Source: an uncultured Clostridia bacterium (GTDB lineage: Bacteria > Bacillota > Clostridia > TANB77 > CAG-508). From it: a stretch of 64,000 nucleotides of DNA. Position 1 is the stretch's first letter. Every line of letters starts with the position of its first letter. The stretch is from assembly GCA_946529215.1 (NCBI GenBank), contig CAMMZC010000003.1, positions 3,976 to 67,975 of the forward strand. The letters run 5' to 3'. Both the position numbers and the translations under genes were made by a program. The notes beneath the pieces were generated by a model. It was given only the letters and a program-made list of their open reading frames with translations, did not search any database and was not told the DNA's origin. Shown in pieces: positions 1 through 10,022 of this stretch.

Positions 1-2888
1 TCTTTTTGATATTTATCTATAACTAAATCATATTGTTTTGCAATCATTAACCCTAATTTATTTGCTGCTGTAAATGTAGAGTATTTACCTGCATCTGTTA
101 ATATTGAAAAATATACTCCATGTTCACTATATGATATTTCATTATATTTTATACCTTCTGGTAAATTCACCTCATAAACAAATTTATGACTTTCACCTTT
201 ATGTAATCTATATTGTCCAAGGTCGATTAAGTATGATTTAATTTCATTCCAATTTGTAATTTCATTTGTTTTTTTCCATTTATTTGCTTCATTTGTTAAA
301 TCATTTGATGGCTTTTCTTCTGTAGAATAATAAATAGTAGCGTATTGTGTTAACTCTTCAGGTATATGAATACCAGTATTTGATATGGTTGTAGAATATG
401 TAGAACCTAATTCATTATCTCCTATAATAAACTTGTTCCCTCTAAATGGTATTACACCTTGTAATACAACATCTGTTATGTCTTGTGAGTAATTATTTGT
501 TATGCTTAATTCTATTTCTGCATTTCTTTGTTGTTTTCTAACTGTTGCAACTCTAGGTGCTATAGTTTCACTATTATTATTGTCATAATTAAATGCTTTT
601 TGGCTTGTTAATAATTCGTTTGAAGATATTAATGAAATTTGAGTAGTTATATAATTGATTTTTTCATTTTGATTCAAATCTCCATCTATATCATATATAT
701 CTTTACTCTTAAATAAGTAATCTGACGCTTCTTCATTTATAGCATATAGTTCAATCTTTCTGGTAACTGTTGTGTTTCTAGGGTCTGGAGTCATATTACA
801 ATCAATTTTCAAATTATATTTTTGTTCTGTATTATTCTCTGTTAAAATATTTATAAAATAACATTCATCTTCTTCGTGTAAATCATATCCTAATATAGAT
901 ACATTTTCATTATCTATTTCTACAGAATTAATTTTCATATCTATTATTTCTTTAGGTATTTTTACTAGGAATATGCCATTTTTCCATTTTTGTGTATTTT
1001 CTCCGTCATTTATATTTATATTTATTATTTGATTTTCTAATGTTTCTTGTGTTGATATCTTATCTTTTTCTATATTAATTTTTGCAACAGAAAGTGGAGC
1101 TTCATAGTATGCATTATTTGTGACTTTACTTAAATCTGTTCCATAATAACCAGACAAGGTAGTCTTTATATATTGCAATTTATTAAAACTATCTCTGTCA
1201 TAATTATAAGTTATATAATTGTCATCTAATTCTTTAATATTATACACATAGAAACTTGTATTTTTATTTACACTGCTAGTTTCTACTCTTATATGTTTTA
1301 CTGAATTCTTATAATTAAATGGACTTGTTGCAGTATATTGATTCCAATTGTTTTGTGTAAAAGTTTCTATTAATTCGTTTGTTTCATCATTATAAATCTT
1401 AATCCAACCATTTTCACCCAAAGCAGAGAAAGCATCTTTAAAATATATTCCTTTATTTGTAGTTAAGTTTTCCATATCTTCCTGTGATGAATCATTCTTT
1501 ATAAAATTGTCTGAAATTTGCTCATTACTATTTTCAGCTTCTTTCATTATAATTTCTTTATTCTCACCTTGTGATCCTCTAGTTATTTTCCATAAAACAG
1601 TATAATAATCATCTTTTTCTTCTTCAGTCATTCCATTATAAATTTTTAATGGTTTTTCTTTTGATATATAATGTCTATAATATGGATATGCTGATTCTTT
1701 TCCTATTTCAGTAAAAAATCTATAGACAAAACCTTCTGTTTTTGTCCATCTTACAACAATTGTTGATTCATCTGTATTTGATACATAAGGATTTTGAAAT
1801 CCACTATTTGTATTATTAAAGCCTTCATAATATGTCTTTAATGGAATCATTAATTCCAAAACATCATCTTTCATATTATCATAAGCTTGTTTTGGATATA
1901 CTACATTAAATTTATATGTATTGCTTCTACATCCACTATCTGCAGATTTTTTTACTACTCCATTTTCATACAATTGTGCTTCTCTTTTAGCAATAAAAAA
2001 TCCTGTTTCCGAATTGTACTCAGATGTAATTCCGTCTCCTGTTATGTTTACAGATATAGGTCTATATCCATTTAGTTCTGATATTACACCTTCAATATTT
2101 GAAGTTTTTAATAATAATTTTTCATCTGTCTCTTTAGTTATAATTTCAAAATCTAATTTAACTTTATCTCCTTTTAAAAGTTGATCCATATTGTCTACAT
2201 TTTGGTTTATTTTATTAGTATATATTTTTGAAGTTACTGTTCCATACCAATCTACTGTAAAATTAATTGTTTTATTTATTGGAGTTTCATGACCATTATC
2301 ATCAATATGTGTTCCTGTAAGTGTTACACTATTTATTTTGCTGTATTTTGTTGTATCATTTCCAATTGCTGCTTTTACAATACCTGTTATTAATTTTTGA
2401 TTACCATTTTGTATATCTTTTAGTTTTATTGTTTTGGTATCTTCAGAAATATAGTTTTGTGCAATAATTTGATCTCTTACAAGTGTTGTTGCTAAGTTAA
2501 AATTGTTTGAATTTATTGTAATTACTCCATCTTTAAAATGACCATTATTTATTACTTTAAGGTCCATATATAATGTATCTTGTTTTCCTATTTCATTACA
2601 TGTTCCTCTTATTGAATCTGCTTTTCCATCTCCATCTAAGTCTTTTAGGAAAAAAGCATCAAAAAGGACATAGTCAGATTCTGTTTTTTCATCTCCAGAT
2701 TTAACTACATCATATTCTCTTGACCTTAAAATTTCTGGTGTGATTTTAAAACTCTCCGTTTTGCTATTTTTTTTAGTTACATAAATAGCTAGAACGACAA
2801 CAATAATAGCAAAAAGAACAGCCAATATCTTTTTGGTATTTACTGTTCTTTTTTTATTTTTTTTACTATTTAATTTACTATTTTTCAT
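1..2888 (-). CDS. Large membrane-anchored surface protein, N-terminal ~960 codons only (ORF runs off the left edge; absent from the supplied ORF track)
   Basis: Own translation of the minus strand from the ATG at 2888: MKNSKLNSKKNKKRTVNTKKILAVLFAIIVVVLAIYVTKKNS. That is a basic N-terminus plus one hydrophobic helix, i.e. a signal anchor. The frame at the left edge (..ANKLGLMIAKQYDLVIDKYQK) is in phase with 2888, and I met no stop while reading through. Contains a DLDGDGKAD calcium-binding-like motif. No family recognised. Confidence 0.7.
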   Translation of the reverse strand, partial: MKNSKLNSKKNKKRTVNTKKILAVLFAIIVVVLAIYVTKKNSKTESFKITPEILRSREYDVVKSGDEKTESDYVLFDAFFLKDLDGDGKADSIRGTCNEIGKQDTLYMDLKVINNGHFKDGVITINSNNFNLATTLVRDQIIAQNYISEDTKTIKLKDIQNGNQKLITGIVKAAIGNDTTKYSKINSVTLTGTHIDDNGHETPINKTINFTVDWYGTVTSKIYTNKINQNVDNMDQLLKGDKVKLDFEIITKETDEKLLLKTSNIEGVISELNGYRPISVNITGDGITSEYNSETGFFIAKREAQLYENGVVKKSADSGCRSNTYKFNVVYPKQAYDNMKDDVLELMIPLKTYYEGFNNTNSGFQNPYVSNTDESTIVVRWTKTEGFVYRFFTEIGKESAYPYYRHYISKEKPLKIYNGMTEEEKDDYYTVLWKITRGSQGENKEIIMKEAENSNEQISDNFIKNDSSQEDMENLTTNKGIYFKDAFSALGENGWIKIYNDETNELIETFTQNNWNQYTATSPFNYKNSVKHIRVETSSVNKNTSFYVYNIKELDDNYITYNYDRDSFNKLQYIKTTLSGYYGTDLSKVTNNAYYEAPLSVAKINIEKDKISTQETLENQIINININDGENTQKWKNGIFLVKIPKEIIDMKINSVEIDNENVSILGYDLHEEDECYFINILTENNTEQKYNLKIDCNMTPDPRNTTVTRKIELYAINEEASDYLFKSKDIYDIDGDLNQNEKINYITTQISLISSNELLTSQKAFNYDNNNSETIAPRVATVRKQQRNAEIELSITNNYSQDITDVVLQGVIPFRGNKFIIGDNELGSTYSTTISNTGIHIPEELTQYATIYYSTEEKPSNDLTNEANKWKKTNEITNWNEIKSYLIDLGQYRLHKGESHKFVYEVNLPEGIKYNEISYSEHGVYFSILTDAGKYSTFTAANKLGLMIAKQYDLVIDKYQK

Positions 2889-3025
2889 CCCTATCTTCTC
2901 CTTCGAATTATGCAAATTTTTCCTTATTTCTTAAATTGTTTCCTCAATTTTTATTTAATCATACCTGTCGTTATTTGTCAATAATTTTACTAAGATTTTT
3001 TTAGGTATTTTTTACTATTTTGGGT

Positions 3026-4108
3026 TTAAATAAATTTTCTTGGAACCCTATCTGAAATAGTACACATAATTTCATAATTTATAGTATTACATTTATCTGC
3101 AAGTTGCTCAAGAGTAATATTTTCGTTATCCCAGATTATTACATCATCACCTAATTTTACATTATCTATTTCTGTAACATCTGCCATAAAACTGTCCATA
3201 CAAACCTTTCCTATAATAGGTGCTTTTTTGCCATTAATTAAAACTTTCCATCCATTTGAAAAATCTCTTCTAAAGCCATCTGCATAACCAATTGGAATTG
3301 TTGCAACTTTTGTTTCTTTTTCTGTTATAAAGCTTCTTCCATAACCAATACTTGTTCCTTTTTCTACAGTTTTTAGAAATGTAATCTTAGACTTTAAACT
3401 TGCAATTGGTTTTAGATTTATTTTTTCAAAAGTATTTTCTGCACCTGCATATCCATATAGAATTATCCCAGGTCTTACAAGATTAAAATGAGCTTCAGGA
3501 TAATTAAGTAAAGCATTTGATGCTGCTGCATGTATATATTTTATATCTCCTAAAATTTCTTTAGCCTTTTGAACTGCAATTTTAAAAGATTTTAATTGAT
3601 GCATAGAATACTCATCATCTACATCTGCTGCAGAAAAATGTGTGTAAATTCCTTCAACTTTAATATTTGAGCCTAAACTCTTTATGTATTGTTCAATTTT
3701 GTATGGATGAACTCCTGTTCTTCCCATTCCTGTTCCAACTTCAACATGGACTATAACGTTTTTGCCTGTTTCTGCCAATTTCTCCGCAAATTCGTAAGAA
3801 CTTATTCCAACAACTATATTATATTGGATTATTTTTTCTATTTCACTTTCATAAGGTTGATTTAATACGAATATTTCTTTTTCATATCCTATGTTTCTTA
3901 AATTTACAGCTTCATCTACATTTGCAACTGCCACAATATTAAATTTGTTTAATACTTCTAGCCTTTTGTTAATATATGTTCCATATCCATTTGCCTTTAT
4001 AACAGGCATAAGCTGAACATTTTCTCCAACATATTTTTGAATTTGTTCAATATTAAACTCTAAATTTTTTAAATTTACTTCCATATATGTAGGTCTAGTG
4101 ATTTCCAT
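3026..4108 (-). CDS. alr: Alanine racemase
   Basis: 360 aa. PLP-lysine motif VIKANGYG near the N-terminus. C-terminal YEIMCTISDRVPR is typical of Alr. GGAGG lies upstream of the ATG. Confidence 0.92.
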   Translation of the reverse strand: MEITRPTYMEVNLKNLEFNIEQIQKYVGENVQLMPVIKANGYGTYINKRLEVLNKFNIVAVANVDEAVNLRNIGYEKEIFVLNQPYESEIEKIIQYNIVVGISSYEFAEKLAETGKNVIVHVEVGTGMGRTGVHPYKIEQYIKSLGSNIKVEGIYTHFSAADVDDEYSMHQLKSFKIAVQKAKEILGDIKYIHAAASNALLNYPEAHFNLVRPGIILYGYAGAENTFEKINLKPIASLKSKITFLKTVEKGTSIGYGRSFITEKETKVATIPIGYADGFRRDFSNGWKVLINGKKAPIIGKVCMDSFMADVTEIDNVKLGDDVIIWDNENITLEQLADKCNTINYEIMCTISDRVPRKFI

Positions 4109-4150
4109 AAAGTCCTCCTCTTTCTTATATATTAATCAAATGTATGCAGT

Positions 4151-4801
4151 TTAAGCTTCTTCTTCATATTTTTTATGTATCTTCATAATTTCGTTATCCA
4201 TTTTGTTAATTATTCTCGCATATTTAACCATTTTTTTAGAATCTGCACTAGAAAGCTTATTTTTAGCCTTATATTTTAATTTATGTTCTGTACTTGACCA
4301 AAAGTCCATTGCCATTGTTTTTATTTGAATCTCTGTTTTAACATTTGCAAATGCATCCCCTATATTTACAGGTGTTTGAGCTATTATATGATATCCTGAA
4401 TATCCACTTTTTTTAGGCTTTGTAAGATAGTCCTTTCTCTCCAAAATTTCTAATTTTGGATTTTCTTCTATAATTTTAACTACTTTAAATACATCACTTT
4501 TAAAAGGACAAACAACTCTTATTCCTGCAATGTCATCAACATTTTCTATAAGGTTTTTGTAGTTTAAATCATATTGCTTTCTTTTCATCTTCTTTATAAT
4601 ACTATCTGGGGTTTTTACTCTGCAATTAATATTGTTTATAACATCATATTGATAATAATTACTTAAGCTGTTTTTTACATTTTCTAAATCATCTTTTACT
4701 TGAGTCATTGCCATTTCGTAAATATGCATTATTTTTTGAAATTCCTGCTCTTTTACATTAATCGGGACTAATTGATTAGAAGCAAGTGTTGGCACTTCCA
4801 T
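4151..4801 (-). CDS. Small alarmone synthetase (RelQ/RelP-type GTP pyrophosphokinase)
   Basis: 216 aa with only the RelA/SpoT synthetase domain: DIAGIRVVC, SGYSGYHII, EIQIKTMAMDFW. No HD hydrolase domain. Size matches YjbM/YwaC-type enzymes. Confidence 0.88.
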   Translation of the reverse strand: MEVPTLASNQLVPINVKEQEFQKIMHIYEMAMTQVKDDLENVKNSLSNYYQYDVINNINCRVKTPDSIIKKMKRKQYDLNYKNLIENVDDIAGIRVVCPFKSDVFKVVKIIEENPKLEILERKDYLTKPKKSGYSGYHIIAQTPVNIGDAFANVKTEIQIKTMAMDFWSSTEHKLKYKAKNKLSSADSKKMVKYARIINKMDNEIMKIHKKYEEEA

Positions 4802-4946
4802 AGCGATCCCTCCTTGACTAAAATTTTATTAATATACTGTAATGTAATGATGATTGTTTTATGTTTTTTGTGTAAAATATTTTCTATTTGGATTATATCA
4901 TATTGCAATTTTTTTTTCAATAATATATAATTATTTTTGAAAGGAA

Positions 4947-5927
4947 ATGATAACAATGATACAAGAAGCGGAAAATCCCCCATATTTAAATGATTTTTTA
5001 GATTACATGATAACAATTCAAAATAAATCAAAAAATACTGTAAAAGAATATAATTATGATTTAGCAACATTTTTAAGATTTTTAAAAATGCATTTCAAAT
5101 TAACAGATGAAGATGATTTAAAAATGATAGAATTTGATGATGTAACAATTGATACATTAAAAAAAGTAAAACTTGAAGATTTGCATGCCTTTTTAGGATA
5201 TCTTACAAAAAACTATAATAGCAAGGCGACTACACGTTCTCGCAAAGTTTCAAGTTTAAGGGTATTTTTTAATTATCTATGTCAAAAAAATTTAATTGAA
5301 ATAAATCCTACACAAAATTTAGAGACTCCAAAAATAGGAAAAAGATTGCCAAGATATTTGACTTTGGAAGATAGTAGAAAACTTTTAAATGTAGCTTCTA
5401 ATGAAGATAATAGAAATAATGAAAGAAATTATGCTATAACTACCCTATTTTTAAATTGTGGAATGCGTTTATCTGAGCTTGTCGGAATAAACTTAACAGA
5501 TATTGTTTGGGACGAATGTCAATTAAATGTAATTGGAAAAGGAAATAAAGAAAGAACAATTTATTTAAATAAAGCTTGTGTTAAGGCATTAGAAGAATAT
5601 ATGAGAGTTAGACCTAAAACACATATAACAGCAGACGCAGAAAAAGCCTTATTTTTAAGTGAAAGAAAACAACGTATCTCTCGCAGAATGGTTCAAGAAA
5701 TCATTTATAGTGAACTAAAACAAGCAGGACTTGATACTTCAAAATTTTCTGTACATAAACTTAGACATACTGCTGCAACTCTTATGTACCAATATGGACA
5801 AGTTGATATTCGTGCTTTGCAAGAACTTTTGGGGCATGAAAGTATTTCTACTACTGAGATTTATACTCATGTAAGTAATAATCAAGTTAGAGATGCAGTT
5901 GAGAGAAATCCTTTGGCAAATATGTAA
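4947..5927 (+). CDS. Xer-type site-specific tyrosine recombinase
   Basis: 326 aa. Xer-like N-terminal core-binding region. C-terminal RHTAATLM ... LLGHESISTTEIYTHV catalytic signature. Confidence 0.88.
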   Translation: MITMIQEAENPPYLNDFLDYMITIQNKSKNTVKEYNYDLATFLRFLKMHFKLTDEDDLKMIEFDDVTIDTLKKVKLEDLHAFLGYLTKNYNSKATTRSRKVSSLRVFFNYLCQKNLIEINPTQNLETPKIGKRLPRYLTLEDSRKLLNVASNEDNRNNERNYAITTLFLNCGMRLSELVGINLTDIVWDECQLNVIGKGNKERTIYLNKACVKALEEYMRVRPKTHITADAEKALFLSERKQRISRRMVQEIIYSELKQAGLDTSKFSVHKLRHTAATLMYQYGQVDIRALQELLGHESISTTEIYTHVSNNQVRDAVERNPLANM

Positions 5928-5998
5928 ATGTGTAAAAAAACCTGTTGTAAGCTATACAACAACATGTATCAAAAACTTAATAATGATTCAAAAAAAAA

Positions 5999-6028
5999 CG
6001 CCTAAAAAGCCATTTTAGGTGTTTTTTT
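5999..6028. terminator. Bidirectional rho-independent terminator
   Basis: Hairpin CGCCTAAAA-agcca-TTTTAGGTG (one G.U pair), preceded by an A-run and followed by a T7 run. It sits between the convergent xer gene (+) and the 6029 ORF (-). Confidence 0.75.
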
Positions 6029-6556
6029 CTATTTTTCTTTGTTTGCTGTACAATAATTAAATATTTCTTCTGCTATTTCTTCTTCTCTGCCAGCTCTATA
6101 ATAAAATACATTATTAAAAATATTATTATTTCTAAGAATAATTGTAAAAGAATCATTTAGTGGAATGTCTATTATTTTTTCTTTAAATTCTACTCTTCTA
6201 TGTAAAGTATAAGTATTAGGACTTACTTTTACTTTTTGTCTTTTATGTGATAATTTATGAAGAAAAGATTTTAAAGCAAGTTTATCATTTAACAATATTG
6301 ACTTTTGATAATTATCAAATATAATAGTTTTTTCTACACGTGAATAATATTTTTTTGATTCTTCAATATTTGATCTACTATAAAACAATGTGGATTCTCT
6401 ATAGAACGGAGACTCAAAATCTCTATCTCTGTAATTTATTCTTATTTTCTTAGCACTAGATGGAATTACTATTTTTGGAATTAATCCGATATAAATATAT
6501 TTCTTCAACTCCTTCTTGAAATTCAATTCCAGTTGCATTATAGCTAGTAAAAGCAA
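6029..6556 (-). CDS. Probable C-terminal fragment of the 6456..8153 gene, displaced by a frameshift
   Basis: In the ORF-track entry only the part downstream of about 6500 looks meaningful. Its frame (..YIYIGLIPKIVIPSSAKKIRINY..) continues the LRR-like pattern at the end of the upstream ORF. The two ORFs overlap by 100 nt in different frames. Confidence 0.45.
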   Translation of the reverse strand: MLLLAIMQLELNFKKELKKYIYIGLIPKIVIPSSAKKIRINYRDRDFESPFYRESTLFYSRSNIEESKKYYSRVEKTIIFDNYQKSILLNDKLALKSFLHKLSHKRQKVKVSPNTYTLHRRVEFKEKIIDIPLNDSFTIILRNNNIFNNVFYYRAGREEEIAEEIFNYCTANKEK

Positions 6557-8153
6557 TCGCTTTTAGGCTTTTAGGAAATACTACATATTTACCTTTCATA
6601 TCTCTAACAATTTTTCGAGAAAATTCTTCTGCTTCTGGGCAACCAAATAGAGCTCTGTTATTAGTGTTTATATACTCTATCCCTTCAGGAACATAATATA
6701 CTTCTCTTTTAATTTTAAAAAAATTTTTTTCTTTAAGAAGTTTGTACAAAATTATTAAAGGTAATATTTGTTCATTATCTTCTACAATAGATAATCTATT
6801 ACATATTGTTTCTATAGGTAATTGCTCCTTATAACATATTGATTCCCAAGGTGTGCGTTCTGAATCAAACCAATGTGGCCCCTGATTTCCAAAATATTTA
6901 ACGTTGTTTTCTACACCTAAAAAATCTTTTCTATCAGCAATTCTTTTGAACCAGTTAATCATTTTTTCTTCTGAGTTTAGTGATACTAATAATTGTAACA
7001 AATATATATTATTTAATATATATTTTATGTCAAAATCACCTGAATCATTAGTAAAAATATTCTTTATGTAAGAAACAACATCTTTTGCATTTTCTTCACC
7101 AAATAGTTCTTGTAATGTAGAATTATTACCTCTTATAATATCTTCAATCCTTTTTTCTACTTCTTTACTATATATGTCGTATGCTTCTTCACTGTTTCCT
7201 TTTTCTAATAGCGGGCTTTTAAAAAGATTATAATCATTAGCAACAACATCAAATTTTAATTTATATAATTTAGCTTTTATGTCTTTATCTAGCAATTTTC
7301 CATATTTTTCATAGAAATTTAAATCATTTTCTAATTGATCAATTTCATTTAATAAATCTGTTAAAATGCCTGTACTTCTTTTTAAATCGATGCCTTGTAA
7401 TCTTTCAGATAATATTTCTTTATATTCAGGATGTTTATAAAAATAAGATTCAACTCTTTTTTCTAGTATTGCAATTTTAGTATATAAGTCTGTAGTCATA
7501 ACATCTATATCATCTATATTCAAAATATTTGAAGCATTTACTTTTAAGGTTTGATAATAATTTTCTAACTCATCTCTATTTATATTTTCAATTTTTAAAT
7601 TTTGTAATATTGTTTTATAACTTTCTGTTTCAAAGAGTATTGCTTCTTTTTGATTCATACATATTAAAAAACTTGTTGTTAAATTCTCAATTTCTTGTTC
7701 TATTGTGTTACGTTTCTTTTTTGGTAGACCTATTTTTTTCTTTAACTCTGTAAGTGCAACTAATCTACACAATATATCATTTTGCTTTTTTTGTATATCA
7801 CTTAAATACAGTTCAAATTTTTTTAAAAGAATCATTTTATTCATTTCAGATTTTTCTTTTAATAAATTGTCTTTTTCATTTACAAATGTTTTTGTTGTTA
7901 AAGAAATCAGCATATTTAGTTCTTTATTTAATTCTAAATTATTAAAATCTGCTGTAAAAATAATCTTCTTTTTTAGCAATTGATTAAAATCTTCTATATA
8001 ATTATCTATTCTTTCATACATATCTTTGCAATTTAAAAATGCACTTTTACTAGGTATATTAAGTGTATCTGATAATCGCATTATTGTATAGTCGTGATTA
8101 ATATTTAAATTTATTCCGAATATGCTCTTTATTATTTTAAGGATACTTATCAT
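6456..8153 (-). CDS. Hypothetical protein: long helical/coiled-coil region plus BspA-type leucine-rich-repeat-like C-terminus
   Basis: 565-aa ORF rich in K/E/N. The C-terminal ~100 aa (YVPEGIEYINTNNRALFGC ... VVFPKSLKAIAFTSYNATGIEF) resemble LRR_5 repeats. A consensus promoter and a GGGGGA RBS lie upstream. Confidence 0.6.
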   Translation of the reverse strand: MISILKIIKSIFGINLNINHDYTIMRLSDTLNIPSKSAFLNCKDMYERIDNYIEDFNQLLKKKIIFTADFNNLELNKELNMLISLTTKTFVNEKDNLLKEKSEMNKMILLKKFELYLSDIQKKQNDILCRLVALTELKKKIGLPKKKRNTIEQEIENLTTSFLICMNQKEAILFETESYKTILQNLKIENINRDELENYYQTLKVNASNILNIDDIDVMTTDLYTKIAILEKRVESYFYKHPEYKEILSERLQGIDLKRSTGILTDLLNEIDQLENDLNFYEKYGKLLDKDIKAKLYKLKFDVVANDYNLFKSPLLEKGNSEEAYDIYSKEVEKRIEDIIRGNNSTLQELFGEENAKDVVSYIKNIFTNDSGDFDIKYILNNIYLLQLLVSLNSEEKMINWFKRIADRKDFLGVENNVKYFGNQGPHWFDSERTPWESICYKEQLPIETICNRLSIVEDNEQILPLIILYKLLKEKNFFKIKREVYYVPEGIEYINTNNRALFGCPEAEEFSRKIVRDMKGKYVVFPKSLKAIAFTSYNATGIEFQEGVEEIYLYRINSKNSNSI

Positions 8154-8181
8154 AATATTCCCCCTATTTTATATCAGGAAT

Positions 8182-8210
8182 ATTATACCATACGTCTGAG
8201 TTTATGTCAA
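8182..8210 (-). promoter_or_regulatory. Sigma-A consensus promoter for the 8153 gene
   Basis: Minus strand reads TTGACA (8210-8205), a 17-nt spacer, then TATAAT (8187-8182), about 30 nt upstream of the ATG. Confidence 0.6.
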
Positions 8211-8253
8211 CTAGCACATTTAGGATAGGGCTTTTTGCCCATTCCGACTTGCA

Positions 8254-9993
8254 CTAGTCCAAAAAAAGACCTTTCATCCATTTAATTGCATTCTCATAAG
8301 TTGCAACATCTTCCAAATCTACATCAACCATTTTAAGCAGTTCAACAGACTTTTTTGTACAACCTTGTTTTAGCATATCTATATATTTTTCAACATATCC
8401 AGGCTTTTTTTCTAGAATATTTTTTGCAATTACAATTGCAGCCGATACTCCTGTTGCATATTTATATACATAAAAAGGAGTATAAAAATGAGGGATTCTT
8501 GCCCATTCATATTTTATTTGCTCATCTATTACTACATTTTCTCCAAAATATTCTTTGTTTAAATCATAATAGATTTTATTTAAATCTTCAGCAGTTAACA
8601 TTTCTCCAGCTTCAATTTTAGAATGAACGATTTTTTCAAATTCTGCAAACATTGCTTGTCTAAAAAATGTAGCTCTAAACATTTCCATTAGTTCATATAA
8701 AAGCTCTTTTTTCTTGTTTTCATCTTTTTCATTGTTTATTTGATACATTGCAAGTAATATTTCATTTGTAGTTGATGCAATTTCAGCTACCATAATTGTA
8801 TAATTTGCATCTATTACATTTTGATTTGTATTTGAATAGTATGAATGCATTGCATGTCCTAATTCATGAGCTATTGTACTTACATCTCTTTTTTTATTTA
8901 CAAAATTTGTAAGCACAAATGGATGTACTCCATAAACTCCCATACTATATGCTCCACTTCTCTTGTTTTCTTTTTCATATACATCTATCCAATTATTCTC
9001 AAAAGCTTCTTTTAGTTTAGAAACATATTCTTCACCAATTACAGAAAGCGCATCAAGTACTTGTTTTGAAGCTTCTTCATAAGAAATATTATCATCTTCT
9101 GCTTCTATTGGATTAACATATATATCATATAAATGCATTTCATCTTTTCCAAGTAAATCTTTTTTTATTTTCATAAATTCGTGATTTACATTTAGGTTTC
9201 TATGAACAGCTTCAATCAAAGCATTATACACCTTTATTGTAGCATCATCATTATCTACTGCTCTTTCTAAAGAAGAATTATATTTACGTAATTTACTCGT
9301 AATAGTTGCAGATTTAACTTTTGTAATATATAACTCACCAATTGTATTTAAAAATTCACTATATTTTTTATACATTAAATTAAATGCTTGTTTGCGAACT
9401 TCTTCATTTTTATCTTTTAAATAATATGTGTAATTACTATCTGTTAGCTCTACTTTTTCCCCATCTGCATTTTTTAGTTTTCCAAATTTAAATTCTGTAT
9501 TTGTTAAAATATCAAAAGTATCTTCCATACTAGAAAAAACTTCAGAATAATTTGCTAAAAGCTCTTCTTCTTTTTCAGATAGAATATGTGCCTTTTCTTT
9601 TAAAATTTCTTCTAATTCTCTTCTATATCTTTCAAGTTTTGGTTCATTATTCATAAAAGTTAAAAGCTTCTCATTTTCAATTCTAGTAATTTCTGGAGTA
9701 ATAAATGCAGTAGCTTTTTCAAATTCTGTTCCTACATTTTCTACAATCTTATATAGTTTTATATTGTTTGAATTTGCCATATCTAAATGATAAGTTAACA
9801 TTCCATAACTATAAAATTTTTCATAAACTTCCAAAGTTTCTTCATAAAGTCTATAACAGTTATATAAATTATTTGCGCTTTCTCCTAGTTTTCCTTTATA
9901 TTTCTCTAAATTTTTAAGATTATCTTTTATTTTTTGTTTTGCTTCTTCAAAATCCTCTTTTGTTTTATAAATATCTTTTAAATTCCAATTCAT
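8254..9993 (-). CDS. pepF: Oligoendopeptidase F (M3B)
   Basis: 579 aa. Zinc motif HELGHAMH. Overall layout matches PepF-family peptidases. Confidence 0.9.
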   Translation of the reverse strand: MNWNLKDIYKTKEDFEEAKQKIKDNLKNLEKYKGKLGESANNLYNCYRLYEETLEVYEKFYSYGMLTYHLDMANSNNIKLYKIVENVGTEFEKATAFITPEITRIENEKLLTFMNNEPKLERYRRELEEILKEKAHILSEKEEELLANYSEVFSSMEDTFDILTNTEFKFGKLKNADGEKVELTDSNYTYYLKDKNEEVRKQAFNLMYKKYSEFLNTIGELYITKVKSATITSKLRKYNSSLERAVDNDDATIKVYNALIEAVHRNLNVNHEFMKIKKDLLGKDEMHLYDIYVNPIEAEDDNISYEEASKQVLDALSVIGEEYVSKLKEAFENNWIDVYEKENKRSGAYSMGVYGVHPFVLTNFVNKKRDVSTIAHELGHAMHSYYSNTNQNVIDANYTIMVAEIASTTNEILLAMYQINNEKDENKKKELLYELMEMFRATFFRQAMFAEFEKIVHSKIEAGEMLTAEDLNKIYYDLNKEYFGENVVIDEQIKYEWARIPHFYTPFYVYKYATGVSAAIVIAKNILEKKPGYVEKYIDMLKQGCTKKSVELLKMVDVDLEDVATYENAIKWMKGLFLD

Positions 9994-10022
9994 AATTACT
10001 CCTTTCCGTGTTAATCCCCAAA

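Noticed and set aside
4768-5070. 100-aa minus-strand ORF overlapping the xer gene start and the relQ/xer promoter region
   Set aside because: It overlaps two better-supported genes and consists of low-complexity L/I/K sequence. There is no RBS.
4947-8153. Xer recombinase plus adjacent unknown genes as an integrative element
   Set aside because: The recombinase has typical chromosomal XerC/D features. I found no flanking direct or inverted att-like repeats, no excisionase, and no phage or conjugation genes.
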